This document shows positions 1 to 13,696 of a stretch of 64,000 nucleotides of DNA, one piece after another (position 1 is the first letter of the stretch; every line of letters starts with the position of its first letter). The notes beneath the pieces were generated by a model. That model was not told where the DNA came from. It ran no database searches and worked only from the letters and a program-made list of their open reading frames with translations. The DNA comes from Camelus ferus. Taxonomy: Eukaryota. The translations under genes and the position numbers were made by a program. The stretch lies in NCBI RefSeq assembly GCF_009834535.1, contig NC_045698.1:15068001-15132000 (forward strand). Direction: 5' to 3'.

Positions 1-1060
1 ATGATTCAGTGGGTTTAGTATATTCAGAGTTGTGGAACCATCACAATTATCTAATTTTAGAATGTTTTTATCAGTCCCAAAAGAAACCTTATACCCATCT
101 CCCCCTTCCCTTGGTGCCTGGCAACAACTACTATATTTTCTCTCTCTATGGGTTTGCCTATTTTGGACATTTCATCTAAATGGAATCATACAGTGTAGTC
201 TGGGTTCTTTCATTTAGCATGTTTTCAGAGTTCACTCATTAGTAGCATGTAGCAGTACTCCACTCTTTTTGCACCTGCATAATATTCCATTGTATGGATA
301 TAGCACATTCATTTATCTATTCATTGGGACAAGGGACATTTGAGTTGTTTCCACTTTTTGGCTATAATGAATAAGGTTGCTGTGAACATTTATGTACAAG
401 TATATACATGGCCCAATGTTTTCATTTATCCTGGGTATGTAACTAAGGAATGAAATTTCTTGGTAATATATTAACTGTATGTTCAATCATTGAGGAGCTT
501 CCAGGCTATTTTCCAAAATAGCACTTCATTTCACATTCCCACTAGAAGTGTATGAGAATTCTCATTTCTCCAGATTCTTCTACACGTTTGTTATCTGACC
601 TCGATGTAGCCCTACTAGTAGGTGTGAAGTGGTACCTCGTGGTTTTGATTTGTGTTTCCATTATAACTAATAATGTTGAGCATCTTTTCATGTACTTATT
701 GATCATTTGTATATCTTCTTTGGTAAAATGTCTTAGTTTAATTTCTCATTTTAAAAATTATTTGTCTTTTTATTGTTGAGCTGTCTGACTTCTTTATATA
801 TCCTGAATACAAGTCTCTTATTAGATAGACGATTTGAAAATATTTTTCACCATTCTGTGGATTGTATTTTCATTTTATGATGATGTCCTTTGAAGAATAC
901 ATTTTAAAAATTTTGATGAAGTCCGATTTATCTTGTTTTTTTCTTTTGTTGTGTTTGATGTCATATCTAAAAGGCTTTGCATAACCCAAGATTACACAGA
1001 TTTTCTGATAAGTTTTCTTCAGGGATTTTTAGTTTTATATTTAGTAGATCTGTCATCCTA
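1..1060 (-). mobile_element. Old L1 (L1MB-like) ORF2 end + 3' UTR fragment, runs off the window start
   Basis: Antisense L1 3' motifs (aatattccattgtatggata, gttgtttccactttttggctat, ggtgtgaagtggtacctcgtggttttgatttg); heavily diverged. Confidence 0.85.
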
Positions 1061-2649
1061 TTTTTTTAAACATTTTTTATTGATTTATAATCATTTTACA
1101 ATGTTGTGTCAAATTCCAGTGTAGAGCACAATTTTTCAGTCATACATGAACATATATGTATTCATTGTCTCATTTTTTTCTCTGTGAACTACCATAAGAT
1201 CTTGTATATATTTCCCTGTGCTACACAGAATAATCTTGTTTATCTGTTCTACAATTTTGAAATCTCAGTCTATCTCTTCCCACCCCCTGCCCCCTTGGCA
1301 ACCAGAAGTTTATATTCTATGTCTGTGAGTCTATTTCTGTTTTGTATTTATGCTTTGTTTGTTTGTTTGTTTGTTTTTTAGATTCCACATATGAGCGATC
1401 TCATATGGCATTTTTCTTTCTCTTTCTGGCTTACTTCACTTAGAATGACAATCTCCAGGAGCATCCATGTTGCTGCAAATGGCGTTATGTTGTCAGTTTT
1501 TGTGGCTGAGTAGTATTCCATTGTATAAATATACCACCTCTTCTTTATCCAGTCATCTGTTGATGTACATTTAGGCTGTTTCCATGTCTTGGCTATTATA
1601 AATAATGCTGCTATGAACATTGGGGTGCAGGTGTCATCCTTCTGGAAGTAGGGTTCCTTCTGGATATATGCCCAGGAGCAGGATTCCTGGGTTGTATGGT
1701 AAGTCTATTCCTAGTCTTTTGAGGAATCTCCATACTGTTTTCCACAGTGGCTGCACCAAACTGCATTCCCACCAGCAGTGTAGGAGGGTTCCCTTTTCTC
1801 CACAGCCTTTCCAGCATTTGTCGTTTGTGGATTTTTGAATGATGGCCATTCTGACTGGTGTGAGGTGATACCTCATTGTAGTTTTGATTTGCATTTCTCT
1901 GATAATTAGTGACGTAGAGCATTTTTTTATGTGCCTATTGATCATTTGTATGTCTTCCTTGGAGAATTGCTTGTTTAGGTCTTCTGCCCATTTTTGGATT
2001 GGGTTGTTTATTTTTTTCTTATTGAGTCATATTAGCTGCTTATATATTCTGGAGATCAAGCCTTTGTCAGTTTCATTTGCAAAAATTTTCTCCCATTGCA
2101 CAGGTTGTCTTTTTGTTTTACTTATGGTTTCCTTTGCTGTGCAGAAGCTTGTAAGTTTCACTAGGTCCCATTTGTTTATTCTTGCTTTTATTTCTTCTAG
2201 GAGAACATTTTTGAGATGTATGTCAGATAATGTTTTGCCTATATTTTCCTCTAGGAGGTTTATTGTACCTTGTCTTATGTTTAATTCTTTGATCCATCTT
2301 GAGTTGATTTTTTGTGTATGGTGTAAGGGAATGTTCTAGCTTCATTGTTTTACATGCTGCTGTCCAGTTTTCCCAACACCATTTGCTACAGAGACTGTCT
2401 TTATTCCATTGTATATTCTTGCCTCCTTTGTTAAAGATTAGTTGACCGAAAGTTTGTGTGTTCATTTCTGGGCTCTCTGTTCTGTTCCATTGGTCTATAT
2501 GTCTGTTTTTGTACCAATACCATGCTGTCTTGATGACTGTAGCTCTATAGTATTGCCTGAAGTCTAGAAGAGTTATTCCTCCAGCCTCTTTCTTTCTCTT
2601 CAGTAATGCTTTGGCAATTCTAGGTCTTTGATGGTTCCATTAAATTTTT
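1061..2649 (-). mobile_element. Young lineage-specific 5'-truncated L1, copy 1
   Basis: T-tract at 1061; minus-strand ORF pieces give ORF2p C-terminus; closely similar to the copy at 17713-18943. Confidence 0.95.
1378..2640 (-). pseudogene. Frameshifted L1 ORF2p C-terminal fragment (Cys-rich domain)
   Basis: ORFs 2223-2465 ([26 protein letters not shown]), 1634-1945 ([18 protein letters not shown]) and 1378-1620 (..[18 protein letters not shown]) lie in different frames. Confidence 0.92.
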
Positions 2650-2654
2650 AAAAT

Positions 2655-3490
2655 TTTAAGACTTTATTTTTTAGAGCAAGTTTAGATTTACCAGAGTGGT
2701 ACATTTGTTACAAAGAATGAACCTACTTTAACACATCATTATCACCCAAAGTCTATAGTTTGCATTAGGGTTTACTCTTGGTGTTGGACATTCTATGGTT
2801 TTGAACAAATGCATAAGTAATGGCATGTATTCATCATTATAATGCTGTGCAGACTATTTGGACTGCTCTGAAAATCCTCTGTGCTCCACCTAATCATCTC
2901 TCCTCTCAAACTCCAGCAACCACTTTTTACTGTAGCCACAGTTTTGCCTTTGCCAGTATGTCATATATTTGGAATCATACAGTAATGTAACCTTTTTCAG
3001 AATTACTTCTTTCACTTACTAATATGCATTTAAGCTTAGTTTATGTCTTCTAATGGCTTGATAGTGCATTATTTTCAGTGCTGAGTCATGTTCCAATGTT
3101 TGGGTGTAACACAGTTTATTTATATATTCACCTATTGAAGAATATCTTGGTTGCTTTTAGGTTTTGGTAATAATGAATAAAGGTGCTTTAAACAGCCTTG
3201 TGCAAATTTTTGTATGGATACAAGTTTTGAACTTTTCTGAGTAAACATCGAAAGTTACTACTAGATTGTATGGTAAAAGTGTGTTTAGTTTTCTAAGAAT
3301 TATCTTCCAAAATGGCTTTACCATTTTGCATTCCCATGAGCAATGAAGAAGAGTTGCTGTTGCTCCATATCCACAGCAGCACTTGGTGTTGTCAGTGTTT
3401 GGGGTTTTTGGTTATTCTAGTAGGTGTCTGGTGGTATCTATTGCTGTTTGAATTTGCATTTGCCTGATGACATGTGATGTGGAGCATCTT
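2655..3490 (-). mobile_element. Old L1 (L1MC-like) 3' end
   Basis: acacatcattatcacccaaagtctatagtttgcattagggtttactcttggtgttg matches recalled L1MC 3' UTR; ends in ORF2-end sequence (gatgtggagcatctt). Confidence 0.8.
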
Positions 3491-5049
3491 AGATATTTTG
3501 AAAATGCAATCAAATATAACAGAAATGCTATTTCAGTGGTTTCTTAAAAAGCATCTTCTTAGGAACAAAATGTAAATGTCTTAAAACCTATGAATGTAAA
3601 TGGGTGCATGGAATGGCTTTTAGACTTAAACTCATCCATAAATAATACAATATATATCCACAAAATAAAATCACTGGATAGCCCTGGCAGCTTTTAAGAA
3701 AGGACTTATATAAATCCAAATGCAAGATGAGTTAAAAATAAAATCTCCTAATTTGGTTTTAAGCCAAAATGTAACACTTATTAGGTGATTTCATTAATAA
3801 AAATTATGAAAAGTACTGTAATATGTTTACTATATTTCTCTAAGCATACAAATATTGTATTTTTAAATTTTAACATTGTGAACAGAAATATTAGTTACAA
3901 CATAAGCTTTAGCATACAAAGAATTACTTTTAGCTTACCATTGAATTTATCTATGTGAAATTAAAAATTACCTGATAATACCAGACAAATAAAAATACAC
4001 ATACTTGACTCATAATGATATTGATAAAAAGTAATAATATTTAACAAAAATAAATGAATTTAACTTCACACACGAGACAAAATTTTAAATTCATCAGTGT
4101 TAATAATTTTATAACTTAGAGTTATTGCATGAATACTAGAACTAAAATTTTTGAACATCAAGATTAAATGATTTCTGTTACAAACATGGTTTCAAGTCAA
4201 AATACTGCAGATTCTTGTGGGACCTGCCTTTGATCAGAATAGGAATGCGCATAAGTCTTTCTAAGAAAATAAATTTAAAATTAATTTATAGCAACTCAAA
4301 ATAGAGACTACACAAAATCAAAATGAACCCAGAAACACTGCTTATCCAAAATGATAGATTATAACACATCCAGCTGACAGTGCAGAAACCAAGTCATCAT
4401 AAATAAATATAAGGAAAGCCTTGAAAAGCTTAATAAAATCCTTTAAATCACTGCTTCAACTCCATCTACTGTGTCAGCAACAGCAAAGATACACACATTG
4501 GTAAATATGATTGAGCTTAAATTCTGATGATGAAGGAAAGGTTAAGTAAGATTAGCAAAATTAGTACATAGATATCCTTGTGAAAAAGTTTGGAGTCACA
4601 CTTATGTATAGAGATAATTATTACTTCTCTTTATAATGTGTTATATGTAAATTTTGACATTCAGATATTTATTATTTTGAAGATATTTTCATCAGAATGT
4701 CTAAATGTGCATGTTTATGTGTGTGTACAATCTGTCAATAACTTAGATGTTTATTCACATATGGCTTTGAAAAGATATTTTCTGATTAGTTTAGATGCTC
4801 AGGGATTGTTAGCCCAAATAGTGTAGAGCAGGGAGGAAGAATTCAATAAACATATGTGCATGTGTGAAATAAGTGTTTGAACTAATGACTTAATACGTTA
4901 ATAAGTATATAAAAGCAGAAATTATTTTGCACACAATTTTTCAACTGTAATTTTAAAAGCATATGTTATTCAGAAACTTTGAATAATACACACAGTTACT
5001 AAGTTTTTGAACATAGATATGCCCATTTCTGGCCAACACTTCTATGCTC

Positions 5050-5400
5050 ATCACAAATGTTAGATTTCCTAAGACCTCAGTCATCAGCCCCCTTATCTTT
5101 TCAACTTCTTTTTCATCCCAGGCTGATTTTATCCACATACTTTTTGTTTCAACATTACCTATAAGCTTACAAAATGCACACCTGTATTTCTATTTAATTT
5201 CTTTTAGTTTTTCCTGAATTCTAGAACCACATATAACTGCTTAAATGGATCTCAATCCAGATATCTCTTGAGCATGCTAACAATTTCTCCATGCTAAAAG
5301 ATTAACTTATTATTTTCCATCTAAATATAATTTCTTTTCACTTTTGATATCTATATGAATGTAGTTAATATTTGTTTATCAGTTGTTCCTTTACTCTCAT
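5050..5400 (+). mobile_element. L2 fragment (degraded)
   Basis: L2-like motifs (cctgaattctagaaccacatataactgctt). Confidence 0.5.
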
Positions 5401-5849
5401 TCCAGGTATGAAGTGGTTTTTACCAGTTATCACTTCATAATGAAAAGATGACAGATTTTTCACAATTTCTTGGATCTTTTAATTATCCAATTCATTTTCA
5501 AAATTCTGGAAACTGATATTTCTAAGTCACAATAATGTTTGTGTTGTTAACCTTCTTTCCTAAAGGAAATTAGACTCTCTTGGATATAGTTTGCTTTTCC
5601 TGGATTCACTCTAGAAGTCTCTGTCTCCCTTCAATTTACTCCCTCTTAACTCTATACAACTACATCTTCACCAAATGCTCCTACCACATGAAATAAAATA
5701 ATGTTCTCCTAGAGCCATTTACTCTTATGTGTCTTAACATCTGTAAATGACACAACTACTTTCTGGTATTTCCTTACATTTACCCCAAATTAAATTTTTC
5801 ATCCTCTTGGAAATATTTTCTAAATATTATCTTCCTTTCTTATAGCTGG

Positions 5850-5935
5850 CTATACATACATATATATATATATACATATATACACACACACACACATACA
5901 CACACACATACATATACACATATATACATACACAT
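5850..5935. repeat. Compound (TA)n/(CA)n microsatellite
   Basis: Direct reading. Confidence 0.9.
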
Positions 5936-6514
5936 AAATTGTATACATGTATATAAATTATAATGTCTATCTCATCTATCTCATCATATTGCAGCTGGTA
6001 TTTATGTATTTTCTGTACCACTATCTGGGAGATGGATAATGCATTTTTAAATCCTGAGTTCCTAGCATTTAGCACAAGTCTGGAGACATACCAGCTTCTA
6101 ATACATGAGTTTAATAATTAAATGCTTAAATTGCTAATACATAAATGATATACTGATGATATTAGCAAATAATTGGCAATCTATCTGATAATATTTTTTT
6201 CACCTTAAAGTGGAATAAAAATGTGAAGCACATAGACTGTTTGTATAATTTATATTACATCTCTTAGATGGCCTCATGTCTTCATCTACAAAAATTTGTC
6301 TATAAAAAATAAACTAAATCACATAGATTATGTATAGATAATGTGTTTTTATTTCAAAATTAAAGTTAATCATAATTTTATATTGTAATAATTAAAAGAA
6401 CAAACCTGGACAAATGTTTTTATATTTAACTTGTCTTAGTAAGACAATTATTGTCAATAGGAAATTAGATTTTTCTCATCTTCGGTTTCATGATAGAAGG
6501 AAATAAACCGTTGA

Positions 6515-7073
6515 TGTTACTGAGTCCAAGCTCGTACTATTCTCTGCATAGCAGGCTAATAAATTGAAGGATGAGGTGTTGGGGAAGGGAATGGAGACTC
6601 TATTTGGAAAGCCAGCAAATTGAGAAGATGGCAGACTAGTGTCCCAAAGTACCATCTTACCCAAGTTAGAACTCAGGTTTCTTGTAAAAGGGGAAGGGGT
6701 GTGGCTGGTTGATGCAGACTTTGTGCCTGCCTGACCTCAGAGGGGATAATCCTTTGTTCTTGCAGCTAGCTGTCCACATAGTTCTGGTCATGATATTCCT
6801 GTAAACTTTCAAGACAAATGTCATTTTCGGTTCTGCAACTTTTTATCTCTATATCAATGAAAAAAAAGTGTTACGGTTTTAAAGATCAAGCCTGAAAGGC
6901 AGAGCCTAAAGAAAGGACTATTATGTATATTTCAGGCTATAGGTGATGTTGTTTTACTGAGTGATGAGACCAAGTTGCAGAACCAGCATGACTAAGCACA
7001 GGCAACAGAGCACAAAGGTCAGAGCTAAAGGAAGAGATCCAATATGGAGTCAAGTTTCTTTTCCTTTGTTACA
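6515..7073 (-). mobile_element. ERV1-class solo LTR
   Basis: TGTTAC...GTTACA termini, ~560 bp, GC shift; resembles laurasiatherian ERV1 LTRs; flanks ttga/ccga are only a weak TSD. Confidence 0.8.
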
Positions 7074-8350
7074 CCGAGACTGAAGCTTACAACTTCTACT
7101 AATAATATAAAAGACTCTGGTGTAAGGAAATAATGAGCAGCTGGTTATGATTTGATTGAATAAATTTGATGCGTTTAGCAATTAAACGAACAACCAGATA
7201 CCTGAACTAGGTTGTATCAGCTGTATCTGCAGTCATCAAAGTTATGCTGATGATTGAGATCCTATAAGGAAGATAGTGGATTATCTACGATACAGGGAAG
7301 CTTGGAAGAATACAAATATTATGAACAAAGAAGGGGGTGTGAGGATTTAGGGTGGGCACATAGATTGATAGACACCAATTCAAAATATTTTTATCCAGTT
7401 ATTTGTTGATTCATTCTTAGTTCAGTTACATAAATTGGGAGATTTAAGAATAATTGGAAAGATCATGCATGTCTTTCAATAACTGTAAAGTACAAAAATC
7501 AGATGTTCAAGCTTAAGAAAATATTAGTGTTTTGGTGTTTATTGACAGTGTATATATTCAATACATAAAAAATAGTTGGAATACACTAAAAAAACATAAT
7601 TTTTAAAAAAATTTCTACTAATTTATTGCTTAAGTTCAGCTTTTTGACAACCTAAGGTTAATGCAGGTATTTAAAATCACAAAGGCACATTACATTTCTA
7701 TTAATCAGGACAAGACAAAATGAGTTTAATGAAAATAGCCATTTTCCCTTTGCCCTCCAGTTTTACATTTTTAACCCAAAGAGTAGACAAGATCAAATAA
7801 CTAGACAGTAAAACACTGACTTTTTAAAAAAGACTGTTACAATTACATCTTTGAACCTGTGAGAATTATAATTCAAAATAAGTTTGGCCACTGGCAGCAG
7901 CCTGTAAATCTGTAATGCTTTCGTAACACTGACACCACATGACCTTTTTAAGAAATGGCACTAAAAAATATATTTTTCCTTGACATCTTCTGCAAATTTT
8001 GGTGAGCAGATATACTCTGAATCTCCCACTGTGTACACAATTTCCCTTACATTATAAGAGAGCAAACTACTGTGATAGCAATGTCACAAAGTGTAACTTC
8101 TCCCAAAAAAGAGGTTAAGGACCAAGAAGATGTCAAGTGCTATTATAGTCTCTTTGCATTTAAAACATTCTTAGCATATTATATTTGCATTCTGTGGTCT
8201 TAAAAATTATTATATGAAGTTTATCAGGAAATCTGATTTCTGCATCTTAAAAAGATAGGAAACTTGCATTGCTGATTTTTCTCTTCCACCATCTCACATT
8301 TGGAGATGTCATAGGAACCAAAGGACAACTAGTATGAGAGCTTAATTTAA

Positions 8351-8482
8351 GGAAGAAAAAGAAGAAGGTGAAGAAGAAGAAGGAGGAGGAGAAGGAAACA
8401 AAAAAGGAAGGAAAGGGGAGGGAGAAGAAAGACAGAGAAAGGGAGGGAGTGAGAGGTGGAGAGAGAAAGGAAGGAAAGAAAG
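8351..8482. repeat. Polypurine (GAA/GGA/GA) low-complexity tract
   Basis: Direct reading. Confidence 0.9.
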
Positions 8483-9079
8483 TCAGATCCCATTATAAGA
8501 CTTTGTAATTTGTTGCTCAGTGTGCAAGAGGAGAAGCTCCCAGGGATAAGAGATTAAGAGAAATATTTTAGTTCTGTATTTTATTCTCTTGACATTGTGC
8601 TACTATCCCATCACTATTGCAAAGCAGAAATGCTGCAGCAACATCATGTGAAAGGGTGGGATGGTCACTCCAAACAACTCACAGAGCTTGGCAAGCATGG
8701 GAGCTGGTGGGAGGCACAGGCCCACTGCTCAGTTCACTGCCTTTCTCCTCACCTCTAGGATATGTGGTTCCAAGAGCTTTTGAACAGAGCAGTTCCTCTG
8801 GCAGAGTACAGGGAGAGTTTGTTCTTCTGTTTGTGAGTGTGAGGGAAAAACAGCAAGTGATTGAACCAGACTGCAATATCAGGGCGTCTGAACCAAACTA
8901 ACACCCACAAAAACATCGTATGCTTTGCCAGGAGGTGTGCTAGCTAGGACCTGAGCTCTCGGCCCTCACACATAACCCACCGAGAGAACGTATTGCCCTA
9001 GAGAAATATGAATAAAGGGTGAGAATAGCAAACAACTTCAATGTCTAAAAGAAACACTACAAACAAAACAACTTATAAC

Positions 9080-9900
9080 AAAGTAGAATCATGCCTCCAA
9101 GATAAGTAAGTTTTAAAAATAAATTTCCATATGTTCCTCAAAAGTTCAGAAAATATAGAAAGCTGAATTAAAAATTCCAAAAGATGAAATAGAAGAAAGG
9201 GCTGGGTGTAAAAAGATAACACTGAAGTCAAAAAATGCAGGTAATGGGATTCATGTCAGAATAGACACAGAGAATGAAGAGGTGGAATAAGAGGCCAAAG
9301 ACCTATCCCAGAGAGCGTCAGAGAGACAGAAGAGAGTCAGTATACATCAGAACACTTAGGTGACCTGGACTCCAGACTTAACATCAATATATTGCAAAAT
9401 ATTAATGGCAGAGAAGAAATAATTGAAGAAATGTCCAAAAATCGCTCATACTTAGAAAAGACATTAGCCCTTAAAATGGAACAGCTAATGTATTTCTAGT
9501 TGGCAATAATAAAACATCACTGAGCCACACTACAGTGAAAATTAATAATAATAAAAAACTTAGAGAAAAATCATTAAGGCTCTAAAGAAAAATCAGGTCA
9601 TCCAAAGTGAATAGAATCAGATTGAAATAAGATTAATCAACCTCAATAATGGATAAAAGATGACAGTGGAGTAGTAATTTCAAAGTAATACAGGAAAATA
9701 ACTTCAATTTTATAGCAAGTAAAATAATTATTTAAATCTGAAAATAATATAAAGATACTCTAACTCACACAAGTACCTTTTGAAAATAAATAATGTTTGG
9801 AGAAAGTCAGTCATCAAAGAAATGCATTTACAAGAATGCAGTTATGAGAAAAGTAAATAACTGAACATTTTTTGTTCACAAAAATAAAATATAAGGAATA
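9080..9900 (+). mobile_element. Ancient L1 (L1M/L1ME) ORF1-region fragment
   Basis: A-rich ORF1-like motifs (agaatcagattg...gacagtggagtagtaatttcaaagta..ggaaaataacttc). Confidence 0.65.
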
Positions 9901-9949
9901 TTTATAAACACCAGACCCACACGATAAAATTAAGACATTTAAAGAGTGA

Positions 9950-10418
9950 CTTTTCAAAATCCAGTCTCTCCTCTTCATTATTGAAAATACCCTGATATTG
10001 AATATAAATTACTAAAAAAGCTTATTTATCCAGACTTACCTGCCTAGGTGGCGGCTAAAATACATGTCTGACCATATTTTGTTGACAGGTGAGGTTTATC
10101 CAGAAAATCTTTACATCACTAAAAGAGTAACCTCTGCCTGATTCAAATGTGCTTCTCTCATCGGAAATGTAGACAAATTGGGAAAGTTTTGGCGATTACA
10201 TTAAGACTATGGAGCAACAAAGAGTTGGACTAAGATGTACTCACAAGTACAGCAGAATTGAAATATGGAAAGTGTCTGGGTTCCTGCTGTTCTCACTCAA
10301 CTACTGTTTTCTTTCCTTCAGTTTTATTATGACATGATAAACATGATACCTTTCTGTTTATGCCACTGTAGCAGAGATTTTTTGTAATTTTCAGCTAAAT
10401 GCATTTCATACTCTAATA
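9950..10418 (+). mobile_element. MaLR LTR (MLT1J/K-like) inserted in the ancient L1
   Basis: MLT1-type 3' end (tgtttatgccactgt...cagctaaatgcatttcatact). Confidence 0.6.
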
Positions 10419-10419
10419 A

Positions 10420-10830
10420 AATCAATGTATCTATGAAGCCAGAAAATAAGACAATAAATGTTTTTAAAAGACAGTAAAGAAAAACATGAAATAAGATGGC
10501 AGAGATACACCCTAAGTATAATACATAACAGAGTAATAAACGTGCTTAACTCATATACACAGCAAAATAGGCCCAGGTTCCATAATTAACAAACAAATAT
10601 AAATATAAACAAAAATAACTTTTGAGGCTTGCAAACATGATTCAGCAATTTATTTTTTATGAAACACTTTAAGGATTACATGTGGAAACACAGAATGGTA
10701 AAATATTTAAGAGAACTGGGAAAAATGCAGCAGTTAGAGATGACTGCAGGGAAAAGGATGGCGACGTTAATGAAATTTAAAGCAAAATATCAATTAACAA
10801 AGAGGAGTATTTATACATATATTCAAACAT
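10420..10830 (+). mobile_element. Ancient L1 continuation (ORF2 endonuclease start, decayed)
   Basis: aagatggcagagatacacctaagtata..aataaacgtgcttaactc resembles L1 ORF2 5' end. Confidence 0.55.
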
Positions 10831-11114
10831 TCATTCAAATTTTATTTCTTCACTTCATGTGGTCCTAACTTGCCTGAAAACTTGAAGATACAGAGGTAAT
10901 AAATTTAGTAAGCTACTATCCCCATCACATTTGCATCGGATGGTGTATCTACGTATGACTGGATAGAACATTAACACATGGGGTATTTACTGGTGCACTG
11001 TTCCCATCCCTTCCAAAGGGTTTTTCTCCTGAAATTGTCTCTTCACTCTGCTGCCTCTTCATTTCTTCCCTTTCTATAAAATAATCAACATAGAAACTCC
11101 ACAAACCATGCAGT

Positions 11115-11895
11115 GCATGTGGTAAATAACTGAGATAGCTCTCAGAATCAATCCTTACCTCCTTCTAGTGTAAATCCCAAAGCTAAAAAGTCTGAAGTGC
11201 TAAACAGTTGATTTCCCAGAGCCACTTGTGGCAAGGGTTTTGGATGTCGGTAGGTTCTGCCAACTTTCTGCATCACACAAAGTTTGGAAGCAGCAGTGGG
11301 ATAGGAGTGTGTCTTGTTGCTCTTCTAGCTCTTGCTGTCAGGCAAGCAGTCAGAAAACTTTGAAAGCATTTGACAGTAGAATGTGCTCCGTGTCATCAGC
11401 TTAGTCTGGAGACTAGCTTCATTACTGTCAAGTGGTGACTGAAGAGTGGTGTTTGCTTCCTAATCGTGAAAGGCCAGACTTGGAAGTCAGTGGTTCCAGT
11501 GGAGGATTGGTGATTCCCTGCATCCATTAGGGAACTGTCTGTGAAGAAAATTCACCCCAAATATTTCAAATGAACAACAGTAAATGGATTACTGAGAGAC
11601 GTGTGGGCAGGAATAAGGGAGCTCAAAAGGGTTTACTGATGCATCCAGCAGGAGTTACCGTCACTTGGGCTTGGGACGCAAGGTGAATACAAAATGTTAC
11701 TGGAGCCCAGAGAGAGCTCAAACTGGGGAGGAAGCACTCTCTGGCAAGAACTGATGACTTAGAGGGACACAGCTTCTACTAGAAAGTTATATTATTGTTT
11801 TAATATCTAATTATTTGTGTTAAATCTACTTAGTCTTAAAATTATTGTGTAGTTTGTCTCCTTCCTGCCACAAAACCCTAAACCCTGAATAACAA
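11115..11895 (+). mobile_element. ERVL LTR (LTR33-like), probably with a second LTR fragment (LTR41-like, ~11535-11790) inside
   Basis: tttcccagagccacttgtggcaagggttttggatgt and 3' end ...aaccctgaataaca. Confidence 0.55.
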
Positions 11896-12243
11896 AGTTG
11901 CTGTCTTGATTCCCTGTCCTTACTGCACCTTCCCTATGCAACTTTTTACAGCAGCTGAAAAGTTTGCACACACTGTCCCTTTCTTCTCTAATTCTCTGTA
12001 TGGCTCGCTCCTTAGCAAGTCATCCCTCCTTTTTCACCCTCACCTCTTCAGATCAAGTTCTTGTCAAAGTCACTAGTGGGTTTCATTTTGCCAGATACAA
12101 TGATGAAATTTTAGTTCTCCTCTCTCTGGACCATTGAGTTTCTTCACTTGCCATAACACTTCATTGTTTCCTCGACAATTCATTACTGCACGTAATCCCT
12201 CACTGAATCACTTTCATCTTTCCAAACTCTACATATTGAAGAT

Positions 12244-12865
12244 TGATGCAGTAAAAACGGATGGGGCGTGAGAAGGGCCATGTCCCAGGCTTCAGTTGAG
12301 CCCCTGGGACATGCCCCACCAAGTGTGGGTCCTTGGCTTCGCGCAGGAAAGTATTCAAGAGTGAACCACAGTTGAGTAAAGATTTATTTAGAGAGATACA
12401 TCAAAAGGCAAGAAAAAGGCCACAAGGTGTGGGGGTTGGGTGCTCATATTAGAGTAAAAGTAGGGACACACTCCACAGACAGAGTGCAGGCTGTCTCCGA
12501 AAAGCGAGACAGGTGGGGCGGCCGTGAGGGGCAGTGTTGCCAGTTTTTATGGGCTTCATAGCTTCATATGCTAATAAGTGGAAGGACCAGTCTAGCTAGC
12601 CTGGGGAAGGGGCTGGGATTCCCAAGAAATTGGCCATTTCCCACTCTTTGACCTTCTGTGGCTAGCCTTGGGGCTGTCATGGTGCCTGTGGGCATGTTAT
12701 TCACCATGCTAAAATGTTACAGTGAGTATATAATGAAGCTCAAGGAAGTCAAATCTCCCATCATCTTGAGCCTCAAGGCCTACTGGGCGTTGAATCTTTC
12801 ACTATTCTGGTGTTAATTGTTGGGTTGTTTCTTGAATGGCTGTGCCCTGCCCCCTTCCTTTCTCA
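12244..12865 (-). mobile_element. ERV1-class solo LTR inserted in L2
   Basis: TG...CA termini, 4-bp TSD agat/agac, tttatt (minus-strand poly(A) signal) near 12383, GC-rich. Confidence 0.85.
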
Positions 12866-13696
12866 AGACCATCTCAGTTTCAGTTCTCAGACGTCTTCTC
12901 TTCCTTGTCTTTGCTTCCTCTTCAGCTGATCTCATTTGGTTCTACGATTTTAAATACAACTCATGTAAAAGGGAAAATATTTGGAGTCATCCTTGACCTC
13001 TTTCCCTCTCATTCTTAATAGAAAATCTACAAGGTAAGGCTGCTGGATCTACATTTAAATTCATCCAGAGTCTCCCCACCTGCCACTATGCCCACAGCTA
13101 GTAATTTGACCCAAGTTATTATAATAATTTTGTCTGGATTATCCAAGACAGTTTCCTATACAGTCTTCCGTGTTTGACCAATTTTACCCTTTCTCTTTCA
13201 CACAGAATTCAGAATGGTCCTTAGAAGTTGCAGGCTAGATTGCATCATTCCTCCACAGCAAACACTCTAAATGGTTCATAGCTCACTCAGGGATCATCCA
13301 CGGTCATTCCACAGACTAAAAGCCCTACATAAACAGCCAGCTCTTTCCTTCCATTTTCCCGTCACTCATCCTGCCCAGCCACGAGGGCTTCTTTGTTTTC
13401 CTCAAATGCCAAACTTGCATTTATCTCAGGCACTTGGCACTTGCTTTTCTCTCTGCTGGAATATTCTCCTAGAAATCTGCCTGGTGTGCGTCCTTCCATT
13501 TTCCTTAACATCCTATGTATAATAACATTTTACTTTTCATCCACATTTTTAAATTGCCTTTATGGTCTCTTGGTATGTTGCTGTGTTTGTATGCCTGTGT
13601 GGGTGTGCATGTGTGTATATATATTTCTCTGAAGTCTCTCTTGCAGCAGTAAAATGTAAGCTCCATGAGTCCAGACACTTTGTCTAATTCAGTGCT

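Noticed and set aside
1884..2339. Longest ORF (151 aa, plus strand) and its relatives at 552-779 and 18549-18896
   Set aside because: Antisense readings of L1 ORF2, a common artefact.
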